Source of the DNA: Gammaproteobacteria bacterium
GTDB taxonomy: Bacteria; Pseudomonadota; Gammaproteobacteria; SZUA-140
NCBI GenBank assembly: GCA_046754065.1
Contig: JBHHVB010000006.1
Location: 11,080-75,079, forward strand
Direction of reading: 5' to 3'
Length of the DNA stretch: 64,000 bases
A program made the translations under genes and the position numbers. Positions 1-7,752 of the stretch are shown piece after piece (position 1 is the first letter of the stretch; each line of letters begins with the position of its first letter). The notes under the pieces are model-generated. The model made no database searches. It was not told where the DNA came from and saw only the letters and a list, made by a program, of their open reading frames with translations.

Positions 1-892
1 ACAGACTAACCAGACTAAATATTCCCGCCCAAACCGGAAGATAATCAAGCCAGCGCCTGTCAGGAGTGCGTCGAACCAACAAACTCCCCAGCGCGGTACC
101 CAAAAGAAATACCGCGAGAATGATGGCCAGCACATACTCAGTGCGTAACATAATCATGCCGTAAAGGCGTGTCCAGCCAATTTGCAATATTAACGCTGCT
201 GCGCCCAGGCCGGCATAAGGTATTAAGAATTTTAAACCTGGACGGACATATACTGTCTCTGTTACAGACGAAGGTTGTGTTAGACGAGACAGCGTAAAAG
301 CGGTAAATCCGATAAGAATTCCCAGAAGCGCTATCAAATTGATTGAAGCAGACCAGCCATAATTTGGCAATAACAGCAATGGAACCAGTGCACCTAATGC
401 TCCACCGAGTGTATTGAGTCCATAAATTTTTGCTAAAGAAAGTTGTGTAGACCTAACTGCCCTGAGAATCAGGGGAAAACTCGCTCCCATTGCGGTAGCA
501 GGTAATAACATCATCGCCAGTGCGCTAATAACTTCTGTACCAAGCCACGAATAATAAGCTGAGGAGGAATCAAGATGTGTAACCACTTCATCCACAAAAG
601 GCATAAGCTTAGGTAAGGCGAGCGCGTAAATCGCTATGCCTGTTTCTAATGCTGAGAACATTAAAAGCGGTGTGGCTACGTCGAACCGTCGTTGTGAGAT
701 TGCAAGACTACCAAGCCCCAGGCCAAACATAAATGCAGCAACTGTAATCACAACGCCAAAAATGCTAACCCCGAACTGAAGCGCAAACATTCTTGCCCAT
801 AGTACTTCATAGCTCAGCGCTGTTACGCCCGATAGGGTATATATGACAAGAAGAATTATTATCCAATAGGACTGCGGTGCTTTAGTCTGCAT
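1..892 (-). CDS. Partial CDS (N-terminal ~297 aa, runs off the window start): polytopic membrane domain resembling the N-terminal part of fused membrane/spermidine-synthase-like proteins
   Basis: Absent from the ORF track because it is open at the window edge. My translation from the ATG at 890-892 reads MQTKAPQSYWIIILLVIYTLSGVTALSYEVLWARMFALQFGVSIFGVVITVAAFMFGLGLGSLAISQRRFD... I checked the frame to about position 420 and found no stop. It is a series of hydrophobic helices. The family assignment comes from a recalled N-terminal pattern only. Confidence 0.5.
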   Translation of the reverse strand, partial: MQTKAPQSYWIIILLVIYTLSGVTALSYEVLWARMFALQFGVSIFGVVITVAAFMFGLGLGSLAISQRRFDVATPLLMFSALETGIAIYALALPKLMPFVDEVVTHLDSSSAYYSWLGTEVISALAMMLLPATAMGASFPLILRAVRSTQLSLAKIYGLNTLGGALGALVPLLLLPNYGWSASINLIALLGILIGFTAFTLSRLTQPSSVTETVYVRPGLKFLIPYAGLGAAALILQIGWTRLYGMIMLRTEYVLAIILAVFLLGTALGSLLVRRTPDRRWLDYLPVWAGIFSLVSL

Positions 893-947
893 TATCTATC
901 ACACCACATCTTTGAAAAAACCAGTCAGGTCTGCCCGAACCACCTTG

Positions 948-1331
948 TTATAATGGGAAATACCAGATAATTGCAGCAATTGCATGGGCAGCTGCTAACG
1001 TGACGCTCAAACCCGCACTTACCATATGCGGCACGAAGACCTGTTTGCCATACATCCCCATTGCTATCCCGAACCCGGCTGTCGTACATAACAAGACCAG
1101 AAGCGCGATACCCATAATAAAGAGGATCATATGCTTGGACTCATCACTGATCTCATGTTCTTTCAGTTTTTCATCAGCTAATTCGGTAAATCCCTGAATA
1201 ACCTGAGTACGCTCCTCGGGCGGCTTATTTGTCGCGAATGCGACACCTGCATTCAGGCTTATTAGCAAATAACCAACGACCAGGAGCCATTTACTGCCAA
1301 AGAATACTTTGCTGATCGTACTAGCCATCAT
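948..1331 (-). CDS. Hypothetical membrane protein (127 aa), last small gene of the oxidase cluster
   Basis: ORF with about three hydrophobic segments and no recognisable motif. It overlaps the upstream gene by 11 nt. Confidence 0.5.
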   Translation of the reverse strand: MMASTISKVFFGSKWLLVVGYLLISLNAGVAFATNKPPEERTQVIQGFTELADEKLKEHEISDESKHMILFIMGIALLVLLCTTAGFGIAMGMYGKQVFVPHMVSAGLSVTLAAAHAIAAIIWYFPL

Positions 1332-1560
1332 TTTTGTCTATTTTTTCTTCATCATCGCTTGGCTTATGGTTAGCAAATCGCCAGTAGAGAATAGCCATCA
1401 GGAAAAATGGTGTAAGAATCATGGCTACCAGAAACAGAAAAATTACGTACGGTGTTTCTATGGTAACATGAAAAAATTCGTAACTATCAAGCGAAGCCCA
1501 GGATATTGCAGGGAAAAACCCTGCAAATGCAACTAACATAATACGTATTGATCTAATCAT
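1321..1560 (-). CDS. Hypothetical small membrane protein (about 79 aa)
   Basis: The track ORF is 1321..1620. I prefer the Met at 1558-1560, 7 nt after the upstream stop at 1568. Two hydrophobic helices (IMLVAFAGFFPAISWA, VIFLFLVAMILTPFFLMAILYW). Confidence 0.45.
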   Translation of the reverse strand: MIRSIRIMLVAFAGFFPAISWASLDSYEFFHVTIETPYVIFLFLVAMILTPFFLMAILYWRFANHKPSDDEEKIDKNDG

Positions 1561-1567
1561 TATCGAG

Positions 1568-2638
1568 CTACCTTGTATTTTCTTTCCCTGCCGCAACATC
1601 TTTTGCACAACGAAACCCATAAAAATCTGAAGCGTAGTGCGGGAAAGAAAAATTACGATGATAAGACGAAGTAGAGAATGGGTCGCTTTTCCACGACCCC
1701 CCCCTTAGAACCTTGTACTCTGCATTCACCTCAATCAGATCTACTACTTTTAGTGCCTTATCTTGTGGATTCGTGACGGCTCCAATTTTACCTTTGAAAA
1801 TATCATCCGATGCGTCACTTCCCTCGTATTTATAAAAGGAATCTTGTGTCCATTCACTCACATTACCAGCCATATCCATCACGCCGTATGGACTTACGCC
1901 AGCAGGAAACATAGTGACATCGGTTGTGGAACCCATATTATAATAGGTATTCAAGCGTTTCGCGTCCATCTTATTTCCCCATGGCCAGCGGCGACCATCA
2001 GTCCCTCGCGCAGCCTTTTCCCATTCAGCCTCAGTGGGTAATCTTCCACCAATTGACTCGCAGTAATTGTTCCCGTCATACCAGGAAACCAACGTAACGG
2101 GATGCAACAGTTCTGATTGGTTAATTTTACCATTTCTCCAACTTGACGGAGGCCGATAGTCATTATTAGCGACAAATTTTGCGTACTGTACATTAGTTAC
2201 AGGGTACTTACTAATCTGATAGGCTGGTAACGTAACGACATGTTCGGGCCTGTTTTGCGGGTCAGCTAAACGATGATTAGTCCCCATCTTAAACTCACCT
2301 TCGGGAATAGTAATCATCGAGTCCAGTTCCTTCCATTGTACAGGTGAAATTAATTCGGACACTTCTGATAAGGCATATTTTTCATGCTCTAGTTTACCTG
2401 CTTCATGTTTTTGGTGTAGAAAAACATCTTCACCGGCAGCCCGAATATGCAGGTCCATTTCAGCGAGATCGTAAGTTGCCTTGCTTTTCATAGTTGCCAT
2501 TCCCTTATCCAGCATTCCTATGAGATGAATAGCAATGCCTAGAGCCAGGAATGCAACACAGGTAATAATCGTTGCGGCAAAGTATCGCTTACGTTTACTT
2601 CTATCCTCATCACTAATTGTAACTTCAGTTTTTAGCAT
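1568..2638 (-). CDS. Membrane-anchored FGE-sulfatase (SUMF1/NirV/EgtB-like) domain protein
   Basis: N-terminal TM helix (FAATIITCVAFLALGIAIHLIG) followed by hallmark FGE-sulfatase motifs: PEGEFKMGT, VTLPAYQISKYPVTNVQY, RLPTEAEWEKAARG, RGGSW and YGFRCA. The Cys pair used by true formylglycine-generating enzymes is absent between RGGSW and GFRCA. Confidence 0.8.
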   Translation of the reverse strand: MLKTEVTISDEDRSKRKRYFAATIITCVAFLALGIAIHLIGMLDKGMATMKSKATYDLAEMDLHIRAAGEDVFLHQKHEAGKLEHEKYALSEVSELISPVQWKELDSMITIPEGEFKMGTNHRLADPQNRPEHVVTLPAYQISKYPVTNVQYAKFVANNDYRPPSSWRNGKINQSELLHPVTLVSWYDGNNYCESIGGRLPTEAEWEKAARGTDGRRWPWGNKMDAKRLNTYYNMGSTTDVTMFPAGVSPYGVMDMAGNVSEWTQDSFYKYEGSDASDDIFKGKIGAVTNPQDKALKVVDLIEVNAEYKVLRGGSWKSDPFSTSSYHRNFSFPHYASDFYGFRCAKDVAAGKENTR

Positions 2639-2646
2639 CTGGAAAA

Positions 2647-3207
2647 TTACGGCTTGTTGTCTTTTAATTCCGGTGCCGTATTCTTTCCTTCCTTGCTCGC
2701 AAGAAGTTCGGCCTTTTCCGCTTGCGTAATATAGTTCGGCTTTTTATTTGGGCGCCCGTATATTTTCTTGATCATAACCTCACCCAGGAAGCCTCCAACC
2801 CAGGCTACTTCTACTGTAATAATCACCGGAAGAATCCAGTACAAAAACGGTAATGTTTCACCTTCGCCCGGGGGGGTAATAAATGTCAGGCTATAATAGC
2901 AGTAGCCACGAACAAGGACTGGTGCGAATCCGCTTAGTATTTTTCCACCGAGACCGTAGATCGATGTAACTACAAACCCGCCAATTAATGGAACGATGAA
3001 CATATCTACCATCAACATTGGCGTAAAATAACTCAGCAAATAGCCGGGTACTTTTATAACTTCAAGCTGGACACCTACCAGTGTATCACCAACGTAGATT
3101 ACAACCGCACCAGCCAATACTGAGACTGATACAAAAAAAATCTCTTTATATAAATTATTCACCTGTCGACTCGTCATCCGGATAGGCCTTTCCGGTAAGT
3201 TTTTCAT
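2647..3207 (-). CDS. Hypothetical polytopic membrane protein (186 aa; start may be Met-11 at 3177)
   Basis: ORF with 4-5 hydrophobic helices and a Lys-rich C-terminal tail. It overlaps the upstream cytochrome c gene. No motif recognised. Confidence 0.5.
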   Translation of the reverse strand: MKNLPERPIRMTSRQVNNLYKEIFFVSVSVLAGAVVIYVGDTLVGVQLEVIKVPGYLLSYFTPMLMVDMFIVPLIGGFVVTSIYGLGGKILSGFAPVLVRGYCYYSLTFITPPGEGETLPFLYWILPVIITVEVAWVGGFLGEVMIKKIYGRPNKKPNYITQAEKAELLASKEGKNTAPELKDNKP

Positions 3208-3664
3208 ATTCGGCTTTTTTTGTTTCCTCCAGGTACCAGTCTTCTACCTTCAAACTGGCAAGAAACGAGGCTAACGTCTTGCGTTCGTTCTCTGGTAAAT
3301 TGGAGTACGAGGGCATACGGTATTCTTTTTTAAGTCTGGACTGAAGTATAGACTGTGGATTTTTCGCCGAAAAATACGTGTACAACCAGTCCTCAGTTCG
3401 TATTGAACCGATTCCATCAAGAGCCGGGGCTGGTAACCCCCCTCTCATGAGGTCCTTTAGCGTCCAGAGAGAGTGGCATTCCCGGCAATTTTCCCGATTT
3501 ATTAATACTGCACCTTTTTCGCTTAAATCCTTAGAGGCTGTACTATAGTAGGGAATACCGGGATCTTTGTTTTTCTCGATAAAACTGTTTTTGAGATTGA
3601 GTCCGAAAAACAAAAGGACAACCATACCCAAAGTAGAATAAATTACTTTTTCACCTCTTTTCAT
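3155..3664 (-). CDS. Membrane-anchored monohaem c-type cytochrome
   Basis: N-terminal TM helix, a single CRECH haem-c motif and a candidate distal Met (YRMPSY). It is a clear paralogue of 10351..10965 (LDGIGSIRTEDWLYTYF versus LDGLGSRRSRDWIYTFL). Confidence 0.8.
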   Translation of the reverse strand: MKRGEKVIYSTLGMVVLLFFGLNLKNSFIEKNKDPGIPYYSTASKDLSEKGAVLINRENCRECHSLWTLKDLMRGGLPAPALDGIGSIRTEDWLYTYFSAKNPQSILQSRLKKEYRMPSYSNLPENERKTLASFLASLKVEDWYLEETKKAEYEKLTGKAYPDDESTGE

Positions 3665-3938
3665 GCTTGGCGGCTTTTCTTGCAGCCATTTCCTTTAACT
3701 CTTTTTCTCTTAGTTCCATCTGTTCCTTGTTGACTTGCTTGGCTTTTTCGAATTCTTCCGGTTCCATTTTATCCTTATCTTTTTCATCAAAAACAAGATA
3801 TTTTACATCCTCATCGAACTGTCCATGTTTACGAGCCCATAATATAGCAATGATGGACGCGAGTATGATACCGGCAGCCGCAACAATCCAAAGATAGATT
3901 GTCCAGCCATCGGGTAAAGATTGCATATATTCTTTCAC
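3651..3938 (-). CDS. ccoS: CcoS/FixS-like cbb3 oxidase maturation protein with a long charged C-terminal extension
   Basis: A single TM helix followed by ILWARKHGQFDEDVKYLVFDEKD. This matches the recalled CcoS signature W-A-x-[RK]-x-G-Q-F-D-[DE]...LFDD. The Lys/Glu-rich tail is longer than in typical CcoS proteins of 50-70 aa. Confidence 0.6.
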   Translation of the reverse strand: MKEYMQSLPDGWTIYLWIVAAAGIILASIIAILWARKHGQFDEDVKYLVFDEKDKDKMEPEEFEKAKQVNKEQMELREKELKEMAARKAAKHEKR

Positions 3939-3952
3939 GTTACATTTACTCC

Positions 3953-4270
3953 TTAAAAAAGGTGGCCAAACAGTAATTGAGCTGCACCAAATATTGACGC
4001 GGCAATAACACCTAGCACTAACCAGATAAACATTATTCGTTCACCTGTTTTCATTCCTTTACCTGATTTAACACCTTCTCTTTTAGCGCTGAGAAAAAAA
4101 TTATATAAAATCGCTGAAAATACAATTATGCCAAACACCATAAATATAAATATCCCGATGCTATACTCCTGACTGCGCATACTTTCTATAGTAAACGCGT
4201 CAGTTTCTGCAAATTCCTGGATTTTCAGTATTCTACTAAAATCCGTAGCAAGAGATAGTTTGGTCAACAT
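3953..4270 (-). CDS. Hypothetical small membrane protein (105 aa)
   Basis: ORF with two to three hydrophobic helices, in the same orientation and tightly packed within the oxidase cluster. Confidence 0.45.
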   Translation of the reverse strand: MLTKLSLATDFSRILKIQEFAETDAFTIESMRSQEYSIGIFIFMVFGIIVFSAILYNFFLSAKREGVKSGKGMKTGERIMFIWLVLGVIAASIFGAAQLLFGHLF

Positions 4271-4324
4271 CAGGGAAAGATTAAATTCCGGAAGCTTAAA
4301 CAGAGGAGGGGTACGAAAAAGATA

Positions 4325-4353
4325 TCGCCCCGTAGGGCGACATCTTTTTTTCT
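4325..4353. terminator. GC-rich hairpin with flanking A/T runs inside the oxidase cluster (possible bidirectional intrinsic terminator or attenuator)
   Basis: The stem is TCGCCC (4325-4330) pairing with GGGCGA (4335-4340), with loop CGTA. It is followed by a T8 run on the plus strand and preceded by AAAAAGATA, which reads as TATCTTTTT on the minus strand. Confidence 0.4.
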
Positions 4354-4376
4354 AACTTGCTTGAAACATCCAAGTG

Positions 4377-4490
4377 CTATTTATCATCCTTATCGTAGTT
4401 ATCTATAAAAAAACTATAGATAAACGGGAATATAAACACAACCAAAATTGCTACAAGCATTGCCAGTGGCGGATTATCTACGTCTAACAT
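4377..4490 (-). CDS. Candidate 37-aa single-TM peptide
   Basis: My translation is MLDVDNPPLAMLVAILVVFIFPFIYSFFIDNYDKDDK. The ATG at 4488-4490 lies 14 nt after the upstream stop and is preceded by GGGAGAAAGGA. It is too short for the ORF track. Confidence 0.4.
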   Translation of the reverse strand: MLDVDNPPLAMLVAILVVFIFPFIYSFFIDNYDKDDK

Positions 4491-4504
4491 ATCCTTTCTC
4501 CCTC

Positions 4505-5131
4505 TTAATGAACGTCGTGTCTTGGTTGCCAGGTACTAGGTGGTAAACGCTTGATCACTAACGTTACCGCGATACAGAAGTAGGTCACATAGAATACATC
4601 AATTGTGTACCCTTTATCCCACCATGGTTGTATTCTCACCCGAACACCGTTTGCATCAGGATCTGTCTCGAAATTAGCTAATACGACCTTATCACCAACT
4701 ACAGTATATTCAGCTAAATTTACGCCAGAATTCTTGAGCTCGATAATCTGATCCTTAATCATCCGCAGATCGTCCATCTCCAAGGGGTGACGTTCTTGCA
4801 AAGCAGCCCATTCACTTCCCCGAGACTTTACCGTATCGACGATATACTTCATCGCAGCGGCATCGTCGGTCGCATTCGTCACTTCAGGAGAGTCCATCAA
4901 CGCAACGTATTCTTCGTAGATCGAAGCCTGTGGACGTTGCCCCCATAGCGGTGCGGTAATAAGGAAAGCAGTGATAATCGTAATCGCCATCAACCAAACA
5001 ACTGGAATCGGCACACGGTTGTTATCCTCAGTGATCCCACCCAGGCTCTCACCTTCCCAAACTCTTTTAAAGCTTTCTATTTCATCATCATGCGAGAGCG
5101 TGATGAGTGGATTATCTAATTTCCAAGCCAT
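4505..5131 (-). CDS. Haem-less membrane protein with a CcoP N-terminal (FixP_N)-like segment
   Basis: VWEGESLGGITEDNNRVPIPVVWLMAITIITAFLITAPLWG resembles the recalled FixP_N pattern (W-D-G-I-x-E-x-N-N-P-L-P-x-W-W followed by a TM helix). There is no CxxCH anywhere. A second TM helix sits near the C-terminus. Confidence 0.45.
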   Translation of the reverse strand: MAWKLDNPLITLSHDDEIESFKRVWEGESLGGITEDNNRVPIPVVWLMAITIITAFLITAPLWGQRPQASIYEEYVALMDSPEVTNATDDAAAMKYIVDTVKSRGSEWAALQERHPLEMDDLRMIKDQIIELKNSGVNLAEYTVVGDKVVLANFETDPDANGVRVRIQPWWDKGYTIDVFYVTYFCIAVTLVIKRLPPSTWQPRHDVH

Positions 5132-5144
5132 TAGTCATCCCCCC

Positions 5145-6095
5145 TTATTTGAGGCTTAAAACAAAGTCAATCAACTTCTTAATTTCGGTATCTTTTGCGT
5201 ACTCAGGAACTTCTGGTGGATAGATACGCTTACCTTCTACGTATTCATCGTAGTCCTTGCGCCATTGATCGAAATTAATAGCCTGACCGTTAGCATCTGT
5301 TTGACCCCACAAATAATCAAACCTTGGCATGATAGAATGTGGCTGCACCAAACGCGGATTGAAAAAGTGCATCAACATCCATTCTCTGGAGGAGTTTCTG
5401 GAACCTACATGCATTAAATCAGGCGCTTTTCTATCTGATCCGAATGCTGTAGGTGATTCACCATTAAAATCGCCCAGACGCGGTGGAACACCGAAGTACT
5501 GCCAGTCTTGAGTTTGCTCAGGCAGTAGTGTGTGACACCACCAGCATTGTTCACGAACGAAAATGATTTTACCTGCACCAATTTCGAAGGTATTCGCTTC
5601 ACCTGCGGTAGCTAAAACACCATCAGGTGTCCATCCACGTGTTGCGGTAGCGTTTTCAATGTAAGGAAACTCCTTACCATTGACCGTACCATGACCCACA
5701 ACAAAGACTGCACCTGAAGATTCGCTTGCAGAACCTACCTGGCCTTGTGAAGTTGTTAACTCCGCAGATTCAGTACCAAGAATTCTTGGATGACGTATAC
5801 CATTTGGAAACGGAATTCCCGCCTTGTATACATATGCATCCATCGTATCCATGGCAGCACCAGTTTTAGGGTCCTTATTCAATCTAACGGTCAGAGGTTT
5901 CCCGTCACCGTTGTTGAATGGATCCTCATAACTGAAGCCTGAAATACGGCCGTATGAAAGTTCTTTTGTGATACCAATTTCTGAGGTACCCACCCCTACG
6001 ATAGTCAAGCTCGGCATATACAAGGTAATCATCATCGATCCACCCAGTGCCAGCCCGAACAAGCGTACACCTATTTTATATTCACGAAATGCCAC
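5145..6095 (-). CDS. ccoO: CcoO/FixO-like monohaem cytochrome c subunit with a ~150-aa insertion after the TM anchor
   Basis: N-terminal TM helix. The C-terminal part reads REQCWWCHTLLPEQ...FGSDRKAPDLMHVGSRNSSREWMLMHFFNPRLVQPHSIMPRF, matching the recalled CcoO core (GC-x-x-CHSQ, GS-x-R-x-GPDL, P-x-S-x-MP). It is 316 aa, compared with about 200 aa for typical CcoO. Confidence 0.8.
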   Translation of the reverse strand: MAFREYKIGVRLFGLALGGSMMITLYMPSLTIVGVGTSEIGITKELSYGRISGFSYEDPFNNGDGKPLTVRLNKDPKTGAAMDTMDAYVYKAGIPFPNGIRHPRILGTESAELTTSQGQVGSASESSGAVFVVGHGTVNGKEFPYIENATATRGWTPDGVLATAGEANTFEIGAGKIIFVREQCWWCHTLLPEQTQDWQYFGVPPRLGDFNGESPTAFGSDRKAPDLMHVGSRNSSREWMLMHFFNPRLVQPHSIMPRFDYLWGQTDANGQAINFDQWRKDYDEYVEGKRIYPPEVPEYAKDTEIKKLIDFVLSLK

Positions 6096-6139
6096 TTTTG
6101 TTACCCTCCCTTATCCGGTTAACAATTGGTAGTTATCGA

Positions 6140-7546
6140 TTAACGTTCGTATGCAAGCTCATGTGGCATACGACCAGCAGGTACGATGGTACCTTCTCTA
6201 GCGGTCATCCACATATTGTAGAGCCATACTACATTACCAGTGAACACCATAGTGCCTCCTACCCAGCGAGCAATCATGTACGGGTGTTCTGCGATTACTA
6301 CGTCGATATATGGCACCTCATAAATCTTCGCTGCACCCTGAATCAGACCTGCAATCGTAATTGAGATCCAATAGGTACAGAAACCGATCAATAGGAACCA
6401 GAAGTGGAAGTTAGCTAATGCCAGTGAATACAGCTTACGACGCATAACTGTTTGTAAACCATAATACACGGCAGCACCTTCCAGGAAGGTGGAGAAGCCC
6501 AGTAATGCCAAATGCGCATGAGCAACAATCCAGCCAGTACCATGAATATACCAGTTAATAGCACGAGTCTGTTGAAAACCACCCTGCATATTTAGTGGAA
6601 TAGCTAAAAGCACACCTACCATGGTAAAGCGCACTTCGATATTGTTTACAAAGTAATGCCATTTACCCGTCATTGTTAACAGCAGGTTTGATACGAATGC
6701 AATCGCAGGCACAAGAATCAATACACCTTCAACTGATGCAAATGACTTGGTCCACTCAGGAAGTGGAGATGACATAATATGGTGAGCCGCCGGTGTCGAA
6801 TAGAACACAACAACAGACCAGAAATGAACGTGTCCAATTCTGTGAGAGTATAGCGGGTTACCCGTAATCTTCGGAATTGTGTAGTACGCGATTGCCGCAG
6901 CAACTGGTGTAATCCAGAGACCCAGGATGTTATGCGCGTGCCACCATGTGAGATACGCTTCAGTCAAGCCACTCAACTGAAAGTATTCTGGAAGATTACC
7001 AACCAGTACCACGATACCAACCATGAAACAGCCAGCCCCGAAGAACCAGTTAGTGGTATAGATACCCTGGGTTCTACGATGGATAATGGTCATCCAAACG
7101 TTGATACCTAAAGGCGCTACCATAAAGAATAGAACGAACAGATCAATAAACCATGGAAAGTCTGTGTACTCACGACCGGACGTCATCCCGCACCATAACA
7201 AAGTCAGTGCTAGTGATAAACCGACGTTGAACAGTAAGCAGTTCCAAAGACCCAGCTTCTCTGACCACAACTTGGTGTTACCTAGTGCTGGTGTGATATA
7301 CATCATCGCCATAGCAAATGCCATGGTAATCCAACCAAAGATTACTGCGTGCACATGCACCTGACGCATATGACCAAATGCAAACATTTCCGATCCTGTC
7401 ACAAAGTCCGGAAATGCCAGTTTAGCCGCATTAAAGGATCCGAGACCGGTCCCTATAACAAACCATATAATTGACGAAAACCCCCAATATACCGCTGAAC
7501 TACCTTTTGGTATATCTTCGTTTCTCGCGAAAAGGTACTTAAACAT
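6140..7546 (-). CDS. ccoN: cbb3-type (C-family) haem-copper oxidase catalytic subunit I
   Basis: About 12 TM helices. Motifs seen: RQVHVHAVIFGW (low-spin haem His), SGREYTDFPWFID, WWHAHN (CuB His), VHFW...VVFYSTPAAHH (Tyr five residues before the HH pair, as for the C-family cross-linked Tyr) and VAHAHLALLG (the HxH haem ligands). Confidence 0.9.
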   Translation of the reverse strand: MFKYLFARNEDIPKGSSAVYWGFSSIIWFVIGTGLGSFNAAKLAFPDFVTGSEMFAFGHMRQVHVHAVIFGWITMAFAMAMMYITPALGNTKLWSEKLGLWNCLLFNVGLSLALTLLWCGMTSGREYTDFPWFIDLFVLFFMVAPLGINVWMTIIHRRTQGIYTTNWFFGAGCFMVGIVVLVGNLPEYFQLSGLTEAYLTWWHAHNILGLWITPVAAAIAYYTIPKITGNPLYSHRIGHVHFWSVVVFYSTPAAHHIMSSPLPEWTKSFASVEGVLILVPAIAFVSNLLLTMTGKWHYFVNNIEVRFTMVGVLLAIPLNMQGGFQQTRAINWYIHGTGWIVAHAHLALLGFSTFLEGAAVYYGLQTVMRRKLYSLALANFHFWFLLIGFCTYWISITIAGLIQGAAKIYEVPYIDVVIAEHPYMIARWVGGTMVFTGNVVWLYNMWMTAREGTIVPAGRMPHELAYER

Positions 7547-7625
7547 AATTTTCGACCCCCCTCGTATCCTACAATTTTATTACTAAATACATAATTTTGA
7601 TGACCAAATTCACAAACTGCAATTC

Positions 7626-7715
7626 TTAATGTTTACCTGGCATCAACAAATACCAAGCGAACCACATACTTGAGAATGCTAGTACTAAACAAAAGCCGGT
7701 TGCGATTGCTGACAT
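7626..7715 (-). CDS. Candidate 29-aa single-TM peptide immediately upstream of ccoN
   Basis: My translation is MSAIATGFCLVLAFSSMWFAWYLLMPGKH. A GGAGGG Shine-Dalgarno sequence lies 6 nt upstream of the ATG at 7713-7715. It shares an AWY[LI]L motif with the peptide at 11945..12040. Confidence 0.5.
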   Translation of the reverse strand: MSAIATGFCLVLAFSSMWFAWYLLMPGKH

Positions 7716-7752
7716 ATTCTTCCCTCCGAAAAAAATTCAAATATTAATTTTA

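Noticed and set aside
1568-2638. Calling this gene a true formylglycine-generating enzyme (sulfatase maturase).
   Set aside because: The Cys pair required for FGE catalysis is missing between RGGSW and GFRCA, and no sulfatase gene is nearby. Only the fold assignment is retained.
6140-7546. The subunit I gene could encode a nitric oxide reductase (cNOR/qNOR-like) rather than an oxygen reductase.
   Set aside because: The sequence has the CcoN-type WWHAHN and a Tyr five residues before the HH pair. It does not have the NorB-type HLWVEG glutamate-rich pattern I recall. The partner is also CcoO-like rather than NorC-like. NO reduction as a side activity cannot be excluded from sequence alone.
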